From Macrostomum lignano (lineage: Eukaryota), in contig NIVC01001364.1 in assembly GCA_002269645.1 (NCBI GenBank), positions 1 through 64,000 of the forward strand: 64,000 nucleotides of DNA, in the 5' to 3' direction. The position numbers and the translations under genes were made by a program. The notes beneath the pieces are model-generated. The model saw only the letters and a program-made list of their open reading frames with translations. It did not search any database and was not told the origin of the DNA. Shown in pieces: positions 62,226-64,000 of this stretch (within the stretch, counting starts at the first letter, position 1; each line of letters starts with the position of its first letter).

Positions 62226-62709
62226 ACCTCTCGTTCAGTACAGATATAAAATCTGAAGCAGAGAGCGAACTATATTGGAACTATAGAAGGTTATAATAAA
62301 ACACTGGTCTGAAAAGTTGCATAAACCTCAAATTTATAAAAATGCCCGATATTTTTTGCACAAATTCATGCCGTATTCACTAGTTAGAGGCACGATGTAA
62401 GAAAATTAGCCAGAAACAGAAGAATTATTAACCTCAAGCGAAACTTAACTATGATAAACAAGTTCCAAAATTTGCATAGCTAAGCCCCACCCGCCTAAAT
62501 ATTCGGTTTTACAAACGAATAACCTTGAATTTTCCGCTTTCGCGGGCTAGAAGTTTGCAAGAAAATTGTCGGCAACTTTTGTAGTTAAGAGAAAACAGAT
62601 GCTAATCTAGATAATGAGCCACAGAGAGGTGCTTGAATAAGTTGACTGCCACAGTCAGCGGCAAGCCGCATTGTCTACTTCATCTGCGTCTAATTTCCAA
62701 CTCCATGTC

Positions 62710-63560
62710 CCCAGTCCCGACAATGCGAAATCCAGACTTTGTCCCGAATTTTATTGATCCTATTTATAAAGTCCCGAATCCCACACTATAGTCCCACATT
62801 TTATTGATCCTCATTCTAGAGTCCCGAATCTCACACTAGTCCCACATTTTATTGATCCTCATTCTAGAGTCCCGAATCTCACACTAGTCCCACATTTTAT
62901 TGATCCTCATTCTAGAGTCCCGAATCTCACACTAGTCCCACATTTTATTGATCCTCATTCTAGAGTCCCGAATCTCACACTAGTCCCACATTTTATTGAT
63001 CCTCATTCTAGAGTCCCGAATCTCACACTAGTCCCACATTTTATTGATCCTCATTCTAGAGTCCCGAATCTCACACTAGTCCCACATTTTATTGATCCTC
63101 ATTCTAGAGTCCCGAATCTCACACTAGTCCCACATTTTATTGATCCTCATTCTAGAGTCCCGAATCTCACACTAGTCCCACATTTTATTGATCCTCATTT
63201 TAGAGTCCCGAATCTCACACTAGTCCCACATTTTATTGATCCCCATTCTAGAGTCCCGAATCTCACACTATAGTCCCACATTTTATTGATCCTCATTCTA
63301 GAGTTCCGAATCCCACACTATAGTCTCTGATTTATTGATCCCCCATTCTAGAGTCCCGAATCCTACACTTATAGTCCCTGATTTATTGATCCCATTGTAG
63401 GGTCCCAAATCCCACACTGTAGTCCCTGATTTATTGATAACCCATTCTAGAGTCCTGAATCCCACACCAAAGTCCCTGATTTATTGATCCCGATTCTAGA
63501 GTCCCAAATCCCATACTTTAGTCCCACATTTTATTGATCCCGATTACGGAGCCTCAAATC
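62710..63560. repeat. 48-bp minisatellite (TTTTATTGATCCTCATTCTAGAGTCCCGAATCTCACACTAGTCCCACA)
   Basis: Homogeneous core with degenerate edges. Confidence 0.93.
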
Positions 63561-63616
63561 CCAGACCTGCAGAAACCAACTCAATGAAGGCTCCATCAAA
63601 ACCTACTCTCCCTCAC

Positions 63617-64000
63617 CTTTGAAGACGCCGCTGAGAAATCCGGGGAAGGCGGGCACCTCGCGGAAGTCGTTGCGCATATAGCTCTCCTCACACCTATAGA
63701 AACCGGCCTCGTTTTCGCTGGAGTTAGTATAGGCACAGTACAGCCGTTCCAGGGCTGTCTTATTGCAGCCCAGATAGGTGTTATTTTCATAGAGGGCGTG
63801 CTGACGCAAAAGTACATCGCCCAGCAGGCAGACCTTGGGCCCCCGGTCCGGACTGGCGGCGAAGGCGCCGGCGTACATGGCTAGGACGGAGACGATGACG
63901 CAGGACAGGGAGATTGGCGCAAACAGCTGCACGAAGCGAACCCCGATAGCAACGATCACAAACTCGATAAGCAGCAGGATCGAAGCGTAGATTCTGAAGT
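63617..64000 (-). CDS. KCC: KCC exon (TM4-5 and extracellular loop), truncated by window end
   Basis: FRIYASILLLIEFVIVAIGVRFV...CLLG...NNTYLGCNKT...VPAFPGFLSGVFK; donor G|GTGAGG is phase 1, matching the exon at 57980. Confidence 0.9.

Overview
Eukaryotic (metazoan) genomic DNA with GC-rich exons, GT-AG introns and about 25 different tandem arrays. This organisation resembles the flatworm Macrostomum, which is an inference, not a database match. Host genes: a multi-finger C2H2 zinc-finger gene (3' part, +); an UNC-4/UNCX homeobox gene (-) with a 1-nt frameshift in its last exon; an intronless phospholipid scramblase (-); a beta-tubulin (-); an EF-hand rhomboid protease (+); ZCCHC10 (-); and the last 8 exons of a K-Cl cotransporter (SLC12/KCC, -) that runs off the window end. 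Mobile DNA: a full-length decayed mariner (25370-26859) with a nested insert; an internally deleted Tc1-like element with long IR/DR TIRs; a TA-flanked MITE; a hAT-type MITE carrying a minisatellite; two copies of a tRNA-derived SINE; a solo LTR with a CTAT TSD; and a Ty3/Gypsy provirus. Most notable: (1) the Gypsy element lacks its RT core through an in-frame deletion and has decayed by stop codons only; (2) its LTR family carries a conserved palindromic FOX/MiT/AP-1/CRE/MEF2 motif cassette and repeated tRNA-Leu PBS-like motifs in U5; (3) most long introns are filled by their own private minisatellite, including a 1.5-kb G-quadruplex-type array in the unc-4 intron and one array delivered by a MITE whose TSD forms a splice-acceptor tract. 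All splice sites and family assignments were made by eye.
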